From Squalus acanthias (lineage: Eukaryota), in the NCBI GenBank assembly GCA_030390025.1, contig CM059452.1, positions 7,192,001-7,256,000 of the forward strand: a DNA stretch of 64,000 nucleotides, read 5' to 3'. The notes below the pieces were generated by a model. That model was not told where the DNA came from. It saw only the letters and a list, made by a program, of their open reading frames with translations, and did no database searches. Below, in pieces: positions 25,606 to 38,359 of the stretch. Positions within the stretch are counted from its first letter, which is position 1, and every line of letters begins with the position of its first letter. A program made the position numbers and the translations under genes.

Positions 25606-26169
25606 TGTGTTTGTACGAGGCTCCCTCTGGTTCCTGTCACTGTGTCTCTCAGCCCGCAGTGATACACCGCGCTGTCAGACAGCCGTAGGCCGCGGATGGT
25701 GAAATTCCCCTCACTTTCTGAAATGTCGTGAAATGCGGAAATTCGAGCCCCCGTGCCCTCTGCTTTGAAAACATCTCCGTAAGAAGGACTGTAGATCAGC
25801 AATGTTGGCCCATTGTCGCGGTCCTGACGGTACAGTTGTAAGGAATGTGAAGGAGCAGTGGTCGAATAGCTGTAATTAATGGTCACCGAGTCTCCTTCAA
25901 ACTGCATCGCTGCAAGCGGCCCCTGTGAGACCGAGTCCGCACAACTAACACCTGCAGAAATATAGAAATACACAACTTTAAACTTTTATTATCATTTTAT
26001 TATAACTGATAGCATCAAGGTGACGGAACATACAGGAAATAGAGAGAAAATACAGTTAAAAGGAAGATTCTCTATGACACTCACAAGAGGGAAGATTGTG
26101 TAACTTGTAAACTTTACCAGTTAAGAGAGCCGCAGCTGTGACGAATGAATAAAAAGTAACTCCTAACAT
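25606..26169 (-). pseudogene. TCR V ORF lacking first Cys and conserved Trp (leader 26118-26169, V exon 25645-25951, 23-RSS 25606-25644)
   Basis: INYSY (C->Y), LQLYRQ (W->L), VYHCGLR; CACAGTG-23-ACAAACACA. Confidence 0.85.
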
Positions 26170-26811
26170 GTTTGCAGAGAGTTGATGACAGATTTGAACA
26201 GACCGGGTTAAACCTGAAATATTTTAGTCAAGACTTGGGAAGCTGGTGGATGATATCCGGCGTCTCTGCCGATTGGTTCATTCCTGACAGAGTCAACAGG
26301 TGAGATCCAAGCAGCTCACAGCTTCTTTTTACTCCAATTCTTCCAATCAACTCACAGCTACTTTGTTCTCCAATTCATCCAATCAGCTCATAGCTCCTTT
26401 GTTCGTCACTTCATGACGTCTGTGGTCAAAATGCTCTTGCTGACTGAACAAGCGACTGGGAAGAAATAGAGTGAGTGCGTAATTAAGGGATTATACCGCA
26501 TCAGAAATAATGAGCGGCTTTAATCAGCTATAATCTTGATCTTTGAGAGCCAATAGCTGGCAATCGTGTTTTTATACATGAGCAAAACCTTAAATCTCCT
26601 CAATGACCTCATTCTAAGGCTTAGGTAATACAATGCGCCAGCAGAGGGCGCCAAACTCAGGAATGATAATTAGAAAGTCATGTGATGCAAACGCCAAGGC
26701 CAACAGCAATCGAAGCCTGAATGAGGTCACAATGGGGACGCCCCCTGCAGTGTGTGGGTGGAACAATGAGCTGAACAGCCCGGGTTACCGCTCTCCTTCT
26801 CAATCTCTGCC

Positions 26812-27197
26812 TCATTGAAGCATACAAAATTATTACAGGGCTTGATAGGGTGGATGCTGGGAGAATGTTTCCCTTGGCTGGGGAGTCTAGAACCACGGGC
26901 CACAGCCTCAGGATAAAGGTTAGGCCATTCAGGACTGAGATGAGAAGAAATTTCTTCACACAGAGGGTGGTGAATCTTTGGAATTCTCTACCCCAGAGGG
27001 CTGTGGAGGCTCAGTCATTGGGTATATTCAAAACAGAAGTCGATAGATTTCTGACTAGTAAGGGCATCAAAGAATATGGCGATAAGGCCGGTGAATGGAA
27101 TTGAGGCAGAAGATCAGTCATGATCTCATTGAATGGCGGAGCAGGCTCGAAGGGCCGAATGGCCTACTCCAGCTGCTATTGCTTATGTTCTTATGTT
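26812..27197 (+). mobile_element. CR1 3' end inserted immediately upstream of a V leader
   Basis: RRNFFTQRVVNLWNSLP, CTTATGTT tail. Confidence 0.9.
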
Positions 27198-27217
27198 CAT
27201 TCAATTCCAAGTCACTG

Positions 27218-27788
27218 TGAGAGATTCAGTCAATTTCTAATAATACTGGCGGCTGTGTTGAACAGTAAGTATTGGATTATATTTAAAACACAGGTTAGCT
27301 GGTTGATGCAAAGAGCGTGTGCAGGGATTTAGTGCAATTACCGATCAGAAATATCCACATGATGGACAGCTGTGTAGATGGAGGGTTACCCACTCTCATA
27401 CAGATAGACACAAGTTTCGATTTAATCTTCTGCTCTTCTGTTCCCCTATCTTCACAGGCGGGCTGTGTGCAGATCCAGTAACTCAGTCTCCGGTGACAAT
27501 TGCCGTGTCAACAGGGGGTTCGGTGCAGTTAGATTGTGAAAATAAAAGCCCGGATATTGACTACATGCAATGGTATCGGCAGAAATCGGCACAGCCACCA
27601 AGCTGGATAATTAGCAAAGTGGTAGCACTGAAGGGAGACGAAATCTCAGGACAATATCTGGCAGCTGCTAACACGTCTAGAAAGTACGGTTACCTCAATA
27701 TAAGCAGCCTGAGTGTGGAGGACGGAGCGGTCTATTACTGTGCAGTGAGGCACAGCGTCAGAAAAAGCAAAGGCCCCGTACAAAAACC
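27218..27788 (+). pseudogene. TCR V with open V exon (27458-27750) but leader lacking ATG; RSS 27751-27788
   Basis: ..ERFSQFLIILAAVLN|gtaagt; DPVTQSP..LDC..QWYRQ..DGAVYYCAVR; CACAGCG-22-ACAAAAACC. Confidence 0.8.
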
Positions 27789-27899
27789 TCAGCGAGAATT
27801 TACAGCTCCATTAAGTGTTCTTTTGTGCTGCTTTCTGTGGGGTTAATTTGATGCCAAACCCACGGAGACTAAAGACAGCCAGGTTTCTATTTCAACGAG

Positions 27900-28272
27900 T
27901 TGTATTTGTGTCTGTGTCTTTGCCCAAATCAGCGGAGAACCGGTCTGGGAAATCTGGAGACTTCACTCCCTGCCCCGAGCTGTATCTCCTCATTAAATAT
28001 CTCGGATCTTCCCCGGGGATACTGGTTGTACCAGAAGAGGTAGGGAAATCTATCGGCTGTGGAGTAACTAGAGTTCAGTATTAAGATCTGTCCTTCCTGA
28101 ACCGTTAATTCAGGTGGATCCTGGGAAAATGAGGCTTCGCCATTGTAACAAAATACTGAATCTGTCAGAAGTCTGGGAGTAAATATAACCCATGAAATAC
28201 ATACGATATTTTAAACATAGACTCACCGGGCAGCACGACCATTATTATCAGTAAGAAACATGGGGAGCGCAT
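27900..28272 (-). pseudogene. 3'-truncated TCR V pseudogene, paralog of the 22.6-kb V
   Basis: Leader 28227-28272 near-identical; acceptor deleted, first Cys lost, no YYC or RSS. Confidence 0.8.
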
Positions 28273-28688
28273 GGTGTCTGGTTTAGATGGGAGTCTCCGG
28301 CTCTGATACCAGAACAACATTAACTATTGGTCACTGGCCCCATCTCACAGACTGACGCTGCTAAAGGGCGAACATTGGCTTTAATCCTCGTCCAGTTCTG
28401 AGGAGAACAATTTCACTCCGTTCTCTGATCCCCGCTCTGACGTCATGAATTGGCGAACAAAGTAGCTGTGAGCTGATTGGTTGAATTGGAAAACAAAGGA
28501 GCTGCAAACTGATTGGATAAATTGGAGAACAAAGGACCGAGAGCTGATTGGATGTGATCTGCTGACTCTGTCGGGAACGGACCAAACGGCAGAGAGACCG
28601 GATATTACTCAACATCTTCCCAATTCTTGACAAGACAATTTCAGCTTCAAACCGTTCTGTTCAAATCCACCACCAACTCTCTGCAAAC

Positions 28689-28740
28689 ATGTTGGGTGTT
28701 ACTTTTTATTTATTCGTCGCAGCTGCAGCTCTCTTAACTG
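28689..28740 (+). pseudogene. Orphan V leader exon, donor mutated (GT->AT)
   Basis: MLGVTFYLFVAAAALLT, homologous to 26118-26169; no cognate V exon. Confidence 0.75.
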
Positions 28741-29164
28741 ATAAGTTCACAAGTTACACAGCATTGTGTTTCACATCTGTATCATACATTATATTTAATC
28801 GGTCAGTTCCCTGAACACATGAATATCAATAGGTTGATCCGAAGTGAAGAAAACCATCTAGATCCCCCTTGACTCAACACTGAACACTGTTTGGGGAAAC
28901 TCGACAAACTCCCTCAGTGAATGAAAGCGGATGAGTTGAGGTGAGATTACAGGCGAATGGCAGACAGACAAGCCCGTCGGCGTCAATGACGGACATTGAC
29001 AGACACACGAGTCTTAAACCCACAGACAGTTTGGAGTTTTCCCTTCACATCACAAGAGGTGAAGGTGAGGAACTGATCCCGTTGGAAGGTGCTGAAGGTT
29101 AATTAAAGGGTGTTTATTCAGTCGATCCCAGCGCCATCCCGTGAGCAGCCCCTGAGCTGTGGGG

Positions 29165-29379
29165 ATATATATTTATGTTCAACTGCCCTGATTTGCTTCA
29201 CAGGTAAGTGTTGGGGGTGACGGGCTGATTCTGGGCGGTAAACACAGTGAAGTGACATTGTTTAATTTAATATCGCTCTGGGCTCTTGCAGGACATGGGC
29301 GAGGAGACTCCGGTTCACAGACACCGGCTGCAACCACAGTAAATGAAGGAGACGATGTTCAGTTGTATTGTAATTATAC
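29165..29379 (+). pseudogene. 5' part of TCR V (paralog of the 40.4-kb V) running into the assembly gap
   Basis: V exon from 29292 GHGRGDSGSQTP..LYCNY; leader has ATA where the paralog has ATG; no RSS after the gap. Confidence 0.75.
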
Positions 29380-29594
29380 NNNNNNNNNNNNNNNNNNNNN
29401 NNNNNNNNNNNNNNNNNNNNNNNNNNNNNNNNNNNNNNNNNNNNNNNNNNNNNNNNNNNNNNNNNNNNNNNNNNNNNNNNNNNNNNNNNNNNNNNNNNNN
29501 NNNNNNNNNNNNNNNNNNNNNNNNNNNNNNNNNNNNNNNNNNNNNNNNNNNNNNNNNNNNNNNNNNNNNNNNNNNNNNNNNNNNNNNNNNNNNN
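29380..29594. other. Assembly gap (215 N)
   Basis: N run. Confidence 1.
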
Positions 29595-30413
29595 TGAAAG
29601 TCTTTCATAGAGGTAACCAGGCTGCTGACTGAGAGACAGATGGACAGCGGCCTGTCTGGGCCTCGGTCGCTTGTTCTCCCTGAGCAGGGGGACCAGTTTG
29701 TATTCGGGTTCCCACAGTGCGGAGACACAGAGAAAGGAATCACTGGACACCGGGAAATGCAGGAGGAAAAATATACTGACTGTCTGGAGCCTGTGCACAA
29801 AGGTCACGAGCATCTGGCGCCAGTAGAACTGAAAGGAAATGAAAGTCAGTTGTTGTGAATGTGGGTTGTGAGTTGGTTTTTTTTTCAGATCAGAAGGGTT
29901 AAATCTGCGAGCGCAAGCTGTCAATTTCCGAGCTCGAATTCATCTGATTAATGTTTCTGTCGCTGTAAGTGTTGATGTAAAAGGCTCTACATTCGCCGTC
30001 AGCATCACCGCAACACATCTCGCTATAAATGAGCACTGGAAACTGCCCATAGATACACTGACTGTCTGTTTTCACCCAGGATCTCAAAAGTGTAAAAGTT
30101 CCCATTATATCCGCCAGAGGGCGCCGTGCTCATATGTTTCTCGCTGCTTCCTCCGCACTCAGTCCCATGTTATTCATGATATGTCGAAAACCATCAACAT
30201 TTCAAACCTGTTTATATTTGTGTTGTGTTCCTGGTGTTCAGTAAAATACCTCCCCTCCCGCTTGTTCTGTCTTGTTTTCACCGTCACAATCTCTCTCCAC
30301 CACGCTTATGAATGATTTCCTTATACTGCAAATCTTAAAGCAACTGCAAAGTGACATTTTTGGTAGTTTTGTAAAGCTGCAGTTTGAAAAAAAATCTCTT
30401 ATATATTAAAATA

Positions 30414-31150
30414 TGTAATGGACGACACACTCAGAGAGACAGGATTGTAACCCGAGTGAGGAGTTTCTCCCGTGTCACTAACCACTGTTGGACAGCCTGG
30501 AGAGATGTATGTTGGACATCTTGGGGAGTGACGGGTTAACAGTCGAACTTCTTTGTATCTTGGATTAACAAGCTTCCAGGCTTTCAATATATAAACAGGA
30601 TGACTTTGAAGTGTCGTAAAAAGAATGCACTGCTTTGTTTCTGAGATGTAAAGTGCTTGTGTAAGGGAATAAGTGATAGTAATGACGTCACCCATGAGTG
30701 GTTTAGTTTTAGGGTAATAAACATGGTTAGATGGATCCATTAGCTACAGAGAGCAGTTGGTACAGTATTTACTTCAAAGATGCTAGCAAATGTTCTGTCA
30801 GGAAGTCTTGTTTAAGGGACGTAGTTATGAATTAAACAAACAACAAACTGTTTAGATGAATATTCCGTTTTCAAAGGGTCTGGGAATAGATACGTCATAC
30901 AGGCTTATCTATGACATTCTCCTTTGATGTAGTCAAATATGGTGTATAAATGATCATGGTTTTCAACAGTATCTCAGCGTGTACTCGAAAGATACTGAAA
31001 CCGAAACAGTCACTCTCTGTATACAGTTAAAGACTGGTCACCTTTACTGTGCATCAATAAGGTCTGTTCCGTGTACTCCACTACGGAGTCTCGTGCTTAC
31101 TCGAAACGTGTTGTTGTGAACCAGAGGAGAAAGGAGGTTGACTGCTAACA
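30414..31150 (+). mobile_element. Possible solo LTR
   Basis: TGTAA...TAACA ends, TATA-like GTATAAA ~30944, AATAAG ~31056; no TSD seen. Confidence 0.3.
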
Positions 31151-31960
31151 GCCACCATTTCCCTCCCCGTGTGATTAATTTCCGCGCCTCCTGTTAGTTT
31201 CAGGCAGACTTTAATCTAACGGGTTCAGCAGATATTTAGGGAAGGGGCTCCTATTCCCCTCCGAGCTATTGCCAACACAGTCGGATGATGGCGGTAAGAT
31301 ATTATCTCGAAATGACAATATATCGGTTTGAATGTAGATGAAGATGTTCAGTTTATTTCACTCACTGTCAGTAATCAGACTGAGGTGGTTGACGGGGGTC
31401 GGGTTTGATTAACCTTCTGATGGGGACACACAAGGGGAAGATTTCCTCTGCTCTCTCTGTGGAATTCTCCTCTGAAAGTTGTTTTAACGAAATCGCAATC
31501 TCATTCTTTTAGAATGCGTTCATTATTTCGTTAGAAATAGCGACCAGAGGAAATCTCAACCACAGTGTGGACACCTCGGTGTAAACACGAATGTTACAGG
31601 AGAATGAAGTTAATGCTCTCGATGAGTCGTCACACACCAGCATAAAATAAACACTCAGTGTGACCGATTCGGCTCCGGTGAATATAATCCCACAATTAAG
31701 CAATGCTGAAGTTTTCCTCACACCAAGGAATGCCCTCACTGAGTGACGGCTCCATAGGCCGATACTTTATGCTGTGACTGTCAGTATCTCTGATCAAACC
31801 CGCTATCAACTGGAAATTATAGAGACAAACCTTGCGGTAACACTGCCTGCGGCAGCCCCGCCCACAGCTTCCGTTCGCTGCTCTCGCTCTGACGCGCCTT
31901 GCCCGCCCTGTGTTTTTGGAGAGATTGCTGCAGCTGTTACGGGACTGTAAACAGGAGGGA

Positions 31961-32428
31961 GGTTTTTGTACAGTGACTGCCGCGTTTCCTCTCAGTGTGC
32001 GGGTCTATCGCACAGTAATACACCGCGGTATCCGCGCTCTCCGTGCTCTCAATGACCAATTGGCCGCGTTTGTCCGCAGTGGAAAGATCCAAATTAATTC
32101 GGCCGCTTCTCTCTTTGCCAGCTGATGCCCGCTTTATTACCCACTCCAGTCCCTGACTGGATTTCTGTTTGTACCAGTGCATGGCGTCAATGCTGGACAT
32201 GTCATAGCTGCAGTTTATCTGCACCGAATCCCCGCTCCGGACTGTTATCGCAGCGGGAGACTGCAGCACTCGGTCCGAGAGACATCTACCTGTAAAAACA
32301 TTCAGATAATAAAAAACTGGAGGAACGTGAATAAAACAAACACTGGGTTATTGAGCTCAGCTCCTGTACCTACATGGTAGCAGCACCAGAATAACGAGTG
32401 ATACATTCACTTGTACCGAGTAATACAT
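31961..32428 (-). CDS. TCR alpha/delta-type V, intact (leader 32374-32428, V exon 32000-32289, 23-RSS 31961-31999)
   Basis: MYYSVQVNVSLVILVLLP|CRCLSDRVLQSP..INCSY..HWYKQ..DTAVYYCAIDP; CACACTG-23-ACAAAAACC. Confidence 0.92.
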
Positions 32429-33100
32429 CCTTGTAATTAAAATGTCAAGAGGAAAGCGGCAGATAGCTAGCATCAGAAGACTCCGAACCAAGTGACGACA
32501 TTGAACTGGCGGCTGATTAAAGTCAGCGCCGCCCAGTTAAACTTTCAGTCACGTGGGTTTGCTGCTCTTGGATTGGCTGGAAATAGACATTGTTCACCCG
32601 CGGTTCACATCCGGACATGTCAGTGGTCTAATGACCAGCAAGTTCCTCTCCTCCTTGTGGAGGGAAGTGAGGTGAACCCCATCCCTTTGTGATAGTGGCT
32701 CTCTAAAGGGACATACTTGGCGCTGTGTGTTTGTAACCAAGTCAAACTCTATATAACCCTTTCCTTACAGAATGGATGGAGCCCCTGGATCTGTTCCCCA
32801 CAAAGGAGTCAACACATCCAGGACAGTCTGATAAACCCTTTCCTTACAGAATGTATGGAGGCTCTGGAAATGTGCCCCACAGCAGCAACATCTGATATCC
32901 AGCCTTTCTCTTACAGAGCGGACAGCAGCAATGCAGCTACTCAGCATCTGGATTGTGTGTGAGGCATTTCTGACAGCCGAGCTGGGCTGCTGTCTGTGTC
33001 CTTATAGGAGAATGGTCCCACATTTAGAGTCCAGGCTGGGAATGAAACCCATGTCTAGGTCTTGTAACCGGGAAGCGCAGGATTATTAATGGGTTTGGTT

Positions 33101-33523
33101 AACATAAGAACATAAGAATTAGGAGCAGGAGTCGGCCATACGGCCCCTCGAGCCTGCTCCACCATTCAATAAGATCATGGCTGATCTTCGACCTCAACTC
33201 CACTTTCCCGCCCGATCCCCATATACCGTGATTCCCCTAGAGTCCAAAAATCTATCTATCTCAACCTTGAATATACTCAAAGACTCAGCATCCACAGCCC
33301 TCTGGGGCAGAGAATTCCAAAGATTCACAACCCTCTGAGTGAAGAAATTCCTCCTCATCTCAGTCTTAAATGGCCGACCCCTTATCCTGAGACTATACCC
33401 CCTAGTTCTAGACACTCCAGCCGAGGGAAACAACCTCTCAGCATCTACCCGGTCAATCCCCTTCACAATCTTATATGTTTCAATCAGATCACCTCTCGTT
33501 CTTCTAAACTTCAGAGAGTATAG
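33101..33523 (-). mobile_element. CR1 3' fragment, absent from the paralogous site at ~53760
   Basis: RRNFFTQRVVNLWNSLP; flanks join seamlessly in the paralog. Confidence 0.9.
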
Positions 33524-34946
33524 ATTTATTCCAGGGTCAATTCATTCTCTATAATTCCGTTAGTTTTACCGTCAGGACACTGTTAACCGTGACTCCAGTG
33601 ACCTTTCCCCTCCCGGGTCAGTTCACTGGTGAAATAACAATGTTGTCGGAATGATTTATAGAGCCCTGATATTAGAATGATGACGTCTGCTGTTACTGAA
33701 CAAACAACTGAACAGATTAAAGAATAAACTCTCCCTAAATTTAAACAGAGTTTCAAGAACTGTCCCCTTCTGTGGTTTGTATTAAAATGCTGTTTAAATT
33801 CTATCTGTTAAGTTCTGACCTTCTTTCTGTCTGTAATGATTTATTTAAAGATCCATAATCTTCAGATGCTTGATTACCAATGAGAGAGAATGGAGGGAAC
33901 AGCCTAGCGGTGCTTTTCAGGAATTTACCGCTCATCTGTATAAAGTGCCCGGGAGCAGAGCGCGGGGAGCGGGTTCTAAGCCCCCAGGGTGAGGTGCATG
34001 CTCTCGTTACCAAGAGCTCAACATCAGCAGGGCATGAAAAACTGTCCTGACAACTATCTCGCATATTAACAAATGATGAGGAGCAGAAAAAGAAACACAA
34101 TACAGGCAGTTTCGATTTGTTTTTCGCCCCTTTAACATCGATTTCCAGCATCAGTACAGTTAATGGCTTCAGAAATCAGATCTCAGGGTGTGTCTTTCAT
34201 TCACATTTTACTATTGCTTTCCCCATCTTCCACATCCTTCCACTCTCTTGTCCTGCCCACTGGTTAGTATCAAAATTCAATCCTTCGATGTGAAGGATGT
34301 CTTTTTGTGATGATTATTGCCCGATGTACCGACCCAGCCCATTGTGGATTTCAAACATTAATCTTCAGTTCATTCCAAAATATACACAACTGTTGGAGAA
34401 ACAGCATTTAACTCACTGCCCGGGGTCTGAGCCAAACAAAGGATATTGTGAGCTGACGCCCTCTGGTGGATATTCTGAGAAATGTTCAGATGTCGGTGGA
34501 CAGGGTGTGAGGAATCCTGTGTGTATTCACTGAACTGTCTGCAATTCCTGTTTATGGGAAGCTGGGTTGGAGCGGTTCTGAATTAATATCCCGAGCAGCA
34601 GCAAACGTTTTACATCGTTCAACCACAGATTGGAAGAAGAAAGTTCATACGATTATGGGTAAAGAGTGGAGACAGGGGATGAGAAAGGACAGGCAGGCAC
34701 GGAAAGGGCATCGAAAGACAAAAGGTGTGTTCAGGCACTACAGATGGATTTGTGAATTTTATTTTTAGCATTTTGAAATCACCAACTAATGTAATTCCGC
34801 CAGTGGACTTCACCTTTTCATGTGGACTGTTGTGTTTTGTCGACATTTAGAAGGTCCCTGTGACTCTCACTGTGGAGGCTGAATTATCGCGTGTTTATCG
34901 GTGTGAGAGCGCCCTCTGGTGAGCACTAACTGGAACTCTCAGTGTG

Positions 34947-35461
34947 GGTTTTTGTACGGGCTCCGCTATATCTCTGCAGCAGTGTGGGGCTCATGGCACA
35001 GAAATACACGGCGGTGTCCGAGATCAGGGCATTACTGATCGTTAGCTCGGTAATCTTGCTGCTTTTATTAAACGTAGAAGAGAATCGGTCAGTGAATTCA
35101 GGGTTCCTGTTTACTATCGCTCCATAGAGATAAAACACGTACTGTGGAGGCTGCCCGGGGTGCTGACTGTACCAGTACACATGAGGGTTAGGAGCGGTTG
35201 TTTTCAAGGCGCAGTTTAGTGTGACATTACTTTCCTCTTCAACCGTTATTTCAGGAACCGGCTGTTCCACTGCGTCTTGCTGGCTCCATTCTAATATAAA
35301 ATAATAGTAATAGTCATCTCCATCACAATCATCATCAGGATCATTTAACCAATTATCATGCTGGGTTACAGCCGTCAGGGGGAGAATGGATTTTAACTGG
35401 GGAGGAAATACTTACTGAGAAGTGATATAATGATGAGGAGCGGTGCGAGGCGGTTCCACAT
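34947..35461 (-). CDS. TCR alpha/delta-type V, intact (leader 35416-35461, V exon 34987-35290, RSS 34947-34986)
   Basis: MWNRLAPLLIIISLL|KWSQQDAVEQP..LNC..YWYSQ..DTAVYFCAMS; CACACTG-24-ACAAAAACC. Confidence 0.9.
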
Positions 35462-36196
35462 GACGCTCCCTGAGTCTGTTAATCTACAGTCCTGGAAATC
35501 CTCTGTCAGGAGCAGAAATACAGATCCCCGCCGCACTGCACTGCTGATCCAACCAATGCCAAAGAAGTAACAGAGGCAGTAATCTCTCCGATAACAGAAG
35601 GCGGGTCAGAGCGAGAGCAGCAAACGGAAGCTGTGGGCGGGGCTGCCGCGGGCGGTGTTACTGCAAGCTTTGTCTCCATCATTTCCAGTTGGTAACGGCG
35701 AGAAACATGTGACCACGGCGCCCTCTGGCGGTCAGTCTGAGAACTTTACACTGTCAGGATAATAGTTTGAGTAAAGTGTGAGTTTATCTATGGCGAACTT
35801 TCCAGCGTCCGTGTTTTGGGAGAGGCGTTTCAGACAATTTAACAATTTTTGAATCTCTTTCTTTATGGCTTTCTCTTACCTTTAAGATTTATGTTTCTCA
35901 CTCGTTATTTCTCACTTTCTTTAATTTCTCTTTCCCTCCTTTCCTAATTTGCTGTCCACTACACGTATTATTACATTGATTTTTCTCTTTCTCTCATTCT
36001 TTCGTTAGTGCCTTCACTTTGTTTTCGTCTGTCTGTGTTTCAAAATTTCTTCATTTCAGAATTTCTTTAACTCTCTCTCTTCTATATTTCCTATTATTTT
36101 TCTGTGCTCATTCCCTCTGCCCTCCGATTATTATAACCGGGCCCTTCCCAATCCCGTTACTCCAAACACAGCAGAGCGGCGCTCCCCCTCGGTGCA

Positions 36197-36568
36197 GGTT
36201 TCTGTGCGGACTCTCCGCCTGTTTGTTACACTGTGGGCTCACGGCGCAGAGATAGGTGGCGCTGTCTGTCACTCGCGCGTCTCTCACAGTCAGGGCACTG
36301 AGTTTATTGCCTCCCCCGATTGAAGCAGTGATCCTCCCGTGTTGATCGGCCCGCTTGTGGCCATCACCAGGTGCTGGGGTGTCTGATCCGGTTTCTGTCT
36401 GTACCAGTGCAGGACGTTAAACGCAGCGGTAGCAGAGCAATTGATGGATACAATTCCCTCTTCACTAACAACCACCCGCCGAGGGAGCTGCTTCACCTCA
36501 TCTTCACCGCTCACATCCGTGTAGATCAGAGTGTAAATCAGCAGGGAAACTCTGTAAATCCGCTGCAT
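36197..36568 (-). pseudogene. Intronless leader+V TCR segment, 1-nt frameshift near 36348; 23-RSS 36197-36235
   Basis: MQRIYRVSLLIYTLIYTDVSG-EDEVKQLP..INCS..HWYRQ; CACAGTG-23-ACAGAAACC. Confidence 0.85.
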
Positions 36569-36744
36569 TATCGGATCAGATGAAGAAGGGGCTGAAAGAA
36601 TTGTACACAGAGCTCGGGTTAGAACCAGGACACAGATGTTATATTCAGGATAATTAACAAAGAGACAGACTCTCGCTTCTTGTCCAACTCAGAGGTTTTT
36701 TTCCTGTCGAACTAACGAAACAAGCTGTATCTCTGCGTTACCCA

Positions 36745-37085
36745 CCCCGGGCCGCCCACACTCAGTGTTTCTCACTGACACCAACTCACACTGTGTCTGA
36801 GCTCACACCGGCCCCCCACACTCAGTGTTTCTCACTGACACCAGCTCACACTGTCTCTGAGCTCACACCGGGCCGCTCACACTCAGGTGTTCTCACTGAC
36901 ACCAGCTCACACTGTCTCTGATCTCACACCGGGCCGCACACACTAAGTGTCTCACTGACACCAGCTCACACTGTCTCTGAGCTCACACCGGGCCGCTCAC
37001 ACTCAGTGTTTCTCACTGACACCAGCTCACACTGACTCTGAGCTCACACCGGACCGCTCACACTTAGTGTTTCTCACTGTTTCAC
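36745..37085 (+). repeat. ~61-bp tandem repeat upstream of the intronless V (~5 copies)
   Basis: CACACTCAGTGTTTCTCACTGACACCAGCTCACACTGTCTCTGAGCTCACACCGGGCCGCT; also 57105-57400. Confidence 0.92.
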
Positions 37086-38359
37086 TCTGTCCTCTGGTGG
37101 CGAGTACTGTTAATTGCGAGGTGCAATTATTGACGCCAATTCCCGATATTTTTGCAGTACACAAGATAGTTATAAGAGCGAGCGGCTACTCGCTCCTGCA
37201 AGGGATGACTCCGTCATTCAGAGAGATCCTAGCTCTCGACTTCCATTGTAGCATCCAACGATTCCAGTGCATTTTCCTCCTCCACTCTAACTGAAAGTTT
37301 ATTCCACACATTGATCACTCTCTGTGTGTGAAGCGGGATTTCCTGATACCAGTCCTAGAATTTTAACGCGTGTTCTTTCCCAGAAGGATGGAGTGGGAAT
37401 TTTAAATGCTAATATTTAGAACATAACAATAGTAATTATAACATTGATAAATCACAATGAAAATTGATAATAAGCCATATAAACACTGATATTAATTTCA
37501 AAATAATGCCTCTACTTCCGAATCTGCTTCTTTAATCCCTTCATTAAAGTTACTGAACAATGTTCTCAGGCTGTAACTCGCATCGATACTGAAACCAGCA
37601 CAGTGAACACATCCGCGCACTGCCCTCTGGTGGCGACTGCCTGTAACTACAAGTACAAGTCCTGTCCTGTCCCAGTTCACAAGATCATTCTGAATGAGGG
37701 AATCCATTCGGCCCGTATTGTCCCATCCATCCTAGCCCCATTGTGGCCTCAAACTTTCCCTCAAAAGTTTCCAGGATCTGTTCCTCCACCACTGTATTCA
37801 GAAACTTATTCCATACATTCACCACTTCCTGAGTGTGAAGAAGATATTGTCCTATATTTGCATTTTATACTTTGAACCCGTGCTTCCCTCTTCTACTTCA
37901 AACAGTTCAATTTAAAGTAATATTGCGGAATATGTTTTTAATACATCAACTCTGTGATACTTCTCTAGATGTCATTGCAGTCAGGCACTGGGATACGGTG
38001 CTGATTAAAACTCTCGCACATCCGCGAGCAGCAGGTCACAATCGCTGGGTTTGTCTCCTTGGAATTGATTATTTCAAAGAAAGAAGGAAGGGATCATTGT
38101 GAGAGAAAGTGAGGACAGCGCGACAATTCCTCACAGGTGGGTCCTAGGTGTGACAACACTTCCTGCGGCAGCCCCGCCCACAGCTTCCGTTTGCTGCTCT
38201 CACTTGAACTGCCTTGCCTGCCCTGTGTTATTGGAGAGATTGCTGCCGGGGTTCCCTGTTTGGCATTGGTTGGATCAACAGTACAGTGGGGCGGGGATCT
38301 GTATTTCTGCTCCCACAGAGGATTTTCCGGACTGCATAGTTACAGACTCAGGGAGCGTC

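Noticed and set aside
29252-29924. ORFs spanning the N run
   Set aside because: Artefacts of the gap.
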